Source: Bacteroidia bacterium (GTDB lineage Bacteria; Bacteroidota; Bacteroidia; J057; JADKCL01). Taken from it: a DNA stretch of 64,000 bases. The stretch lies in NCBI GenBank assembly GCA_046329055.1, contig JAXLVK010000023.1, positions 2,219 through 66,218 of the forward strand, given 5' to 3'. The notes beneath the pieces are model-generated. The model saw only the letters and a list, made by a program, of their open reading frames with translations, had not been told where the DNA came from and did no database searches. Of the stretch, positions 63,899 through 64,000 are shown one piece after another; the stretch's first letter is position 1, and every line of letters begins with the position of its first letter. A program made the translations under genes and the position numbers.

Positions 63899-64000
63899 TC
63901 GAACTCAATTCCATACAGCGCCAAATCCTCCGGTCCCTGCTCTTTCCAGAGCCATTTGACACATTGGTGGAGGAGGTGAGCGCCACGCAGCCTGTGATCG
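63895..64000 (+). CDS. Hypothetical protein, N-terminal fragment (runs off the right edge)
   Basis: ATG 63895 overlaps the GT2 stop (ATGA). Translation: MIELNSIQRQILRSLLFPEPFDTLVEEVSATQPVI... Confidence 0.35.
   Translation, partial: MIELNSIQRQILRSLLFPEPFDTLVEEVSATQPVI

Noticed and set aside
1-64000. Scan for CRISPR arrays, rRNA genes, IS elements or transposases, and prophage genes.
   Set aside because: No regularly spaced repeats, no rRNA-like sequence and no transposase, integrase or phage signatures were recognised on either strand.

Overview
Mostly housekeeping chromosomal window from a high-GC member of the Bacteroidota. The phylum call is an inference from T9SS type-A and type-B sorting domains, a PorV/PorQ-like gene, a Bacteroidota-style ParC, TAnnTTTG -7 boxes close to several starts, and no Shine-Dalgarno spacing. 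I call about 55 protein genes, one tRNA-Arg(CCU), a few hairpin terminators, two TetR-type operator palindromes and one tandem intergenic repeat. I recognised no rRNA, CRISPR array, transposase, integrase or phage gene. Left to right: pepD fragment; Wzy-like/TPR and TPR-HisKA divergent pair; T9SS type-B cargo; Vms1-like (VLRF1) gene divergently paired with an Rnl2-type RNA ligase; GNAT; parC; usp; DUF2520; System-I cytochrome c maturation cluster ccmB-C-D-E-F (ccmF unreadable in one frame). Next come about 4 kb of three shattered genes (M43 peptidase, SAM methyltransferase, pirin), then a tetR-led xanthine-dehydrogenase-family operon with xdhC and mocA; tRNA-Arg; GtrB-like GT2 plus a large membrane protein; accC-accB-efp; lipoprotein-fabH-plsX-rpmF-yceD; pdxA; pepA; rsmA; YhcG nuclease; aminotransferase plus 2-hydroxyacid dehydrogenase. 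The right end holds a three-gene outer-membrane operon (1245-aa TonB-dependent-receptor-like barrel, 1305-aa secreted protein, PorV/PorQ-like barrel), then greA, HIT, ruvC, a beta-CASP MBL, and UPF0104 plus a processive-type GT2. Best second-look candidates are the VLRF1/RNA-ligase pair, the uncharacterised outer-membrane trio, the clustered frameshifts (real decay versus sequence-quality patch), the CxxxY CcmE, and the TetR operator pair. Many long ORFs in the supplied track are antisense artefacts of high GC, and the track also uses GTG/TTG starts. All similarity statements come from my own reading and memory of family signatures; no searches were run.
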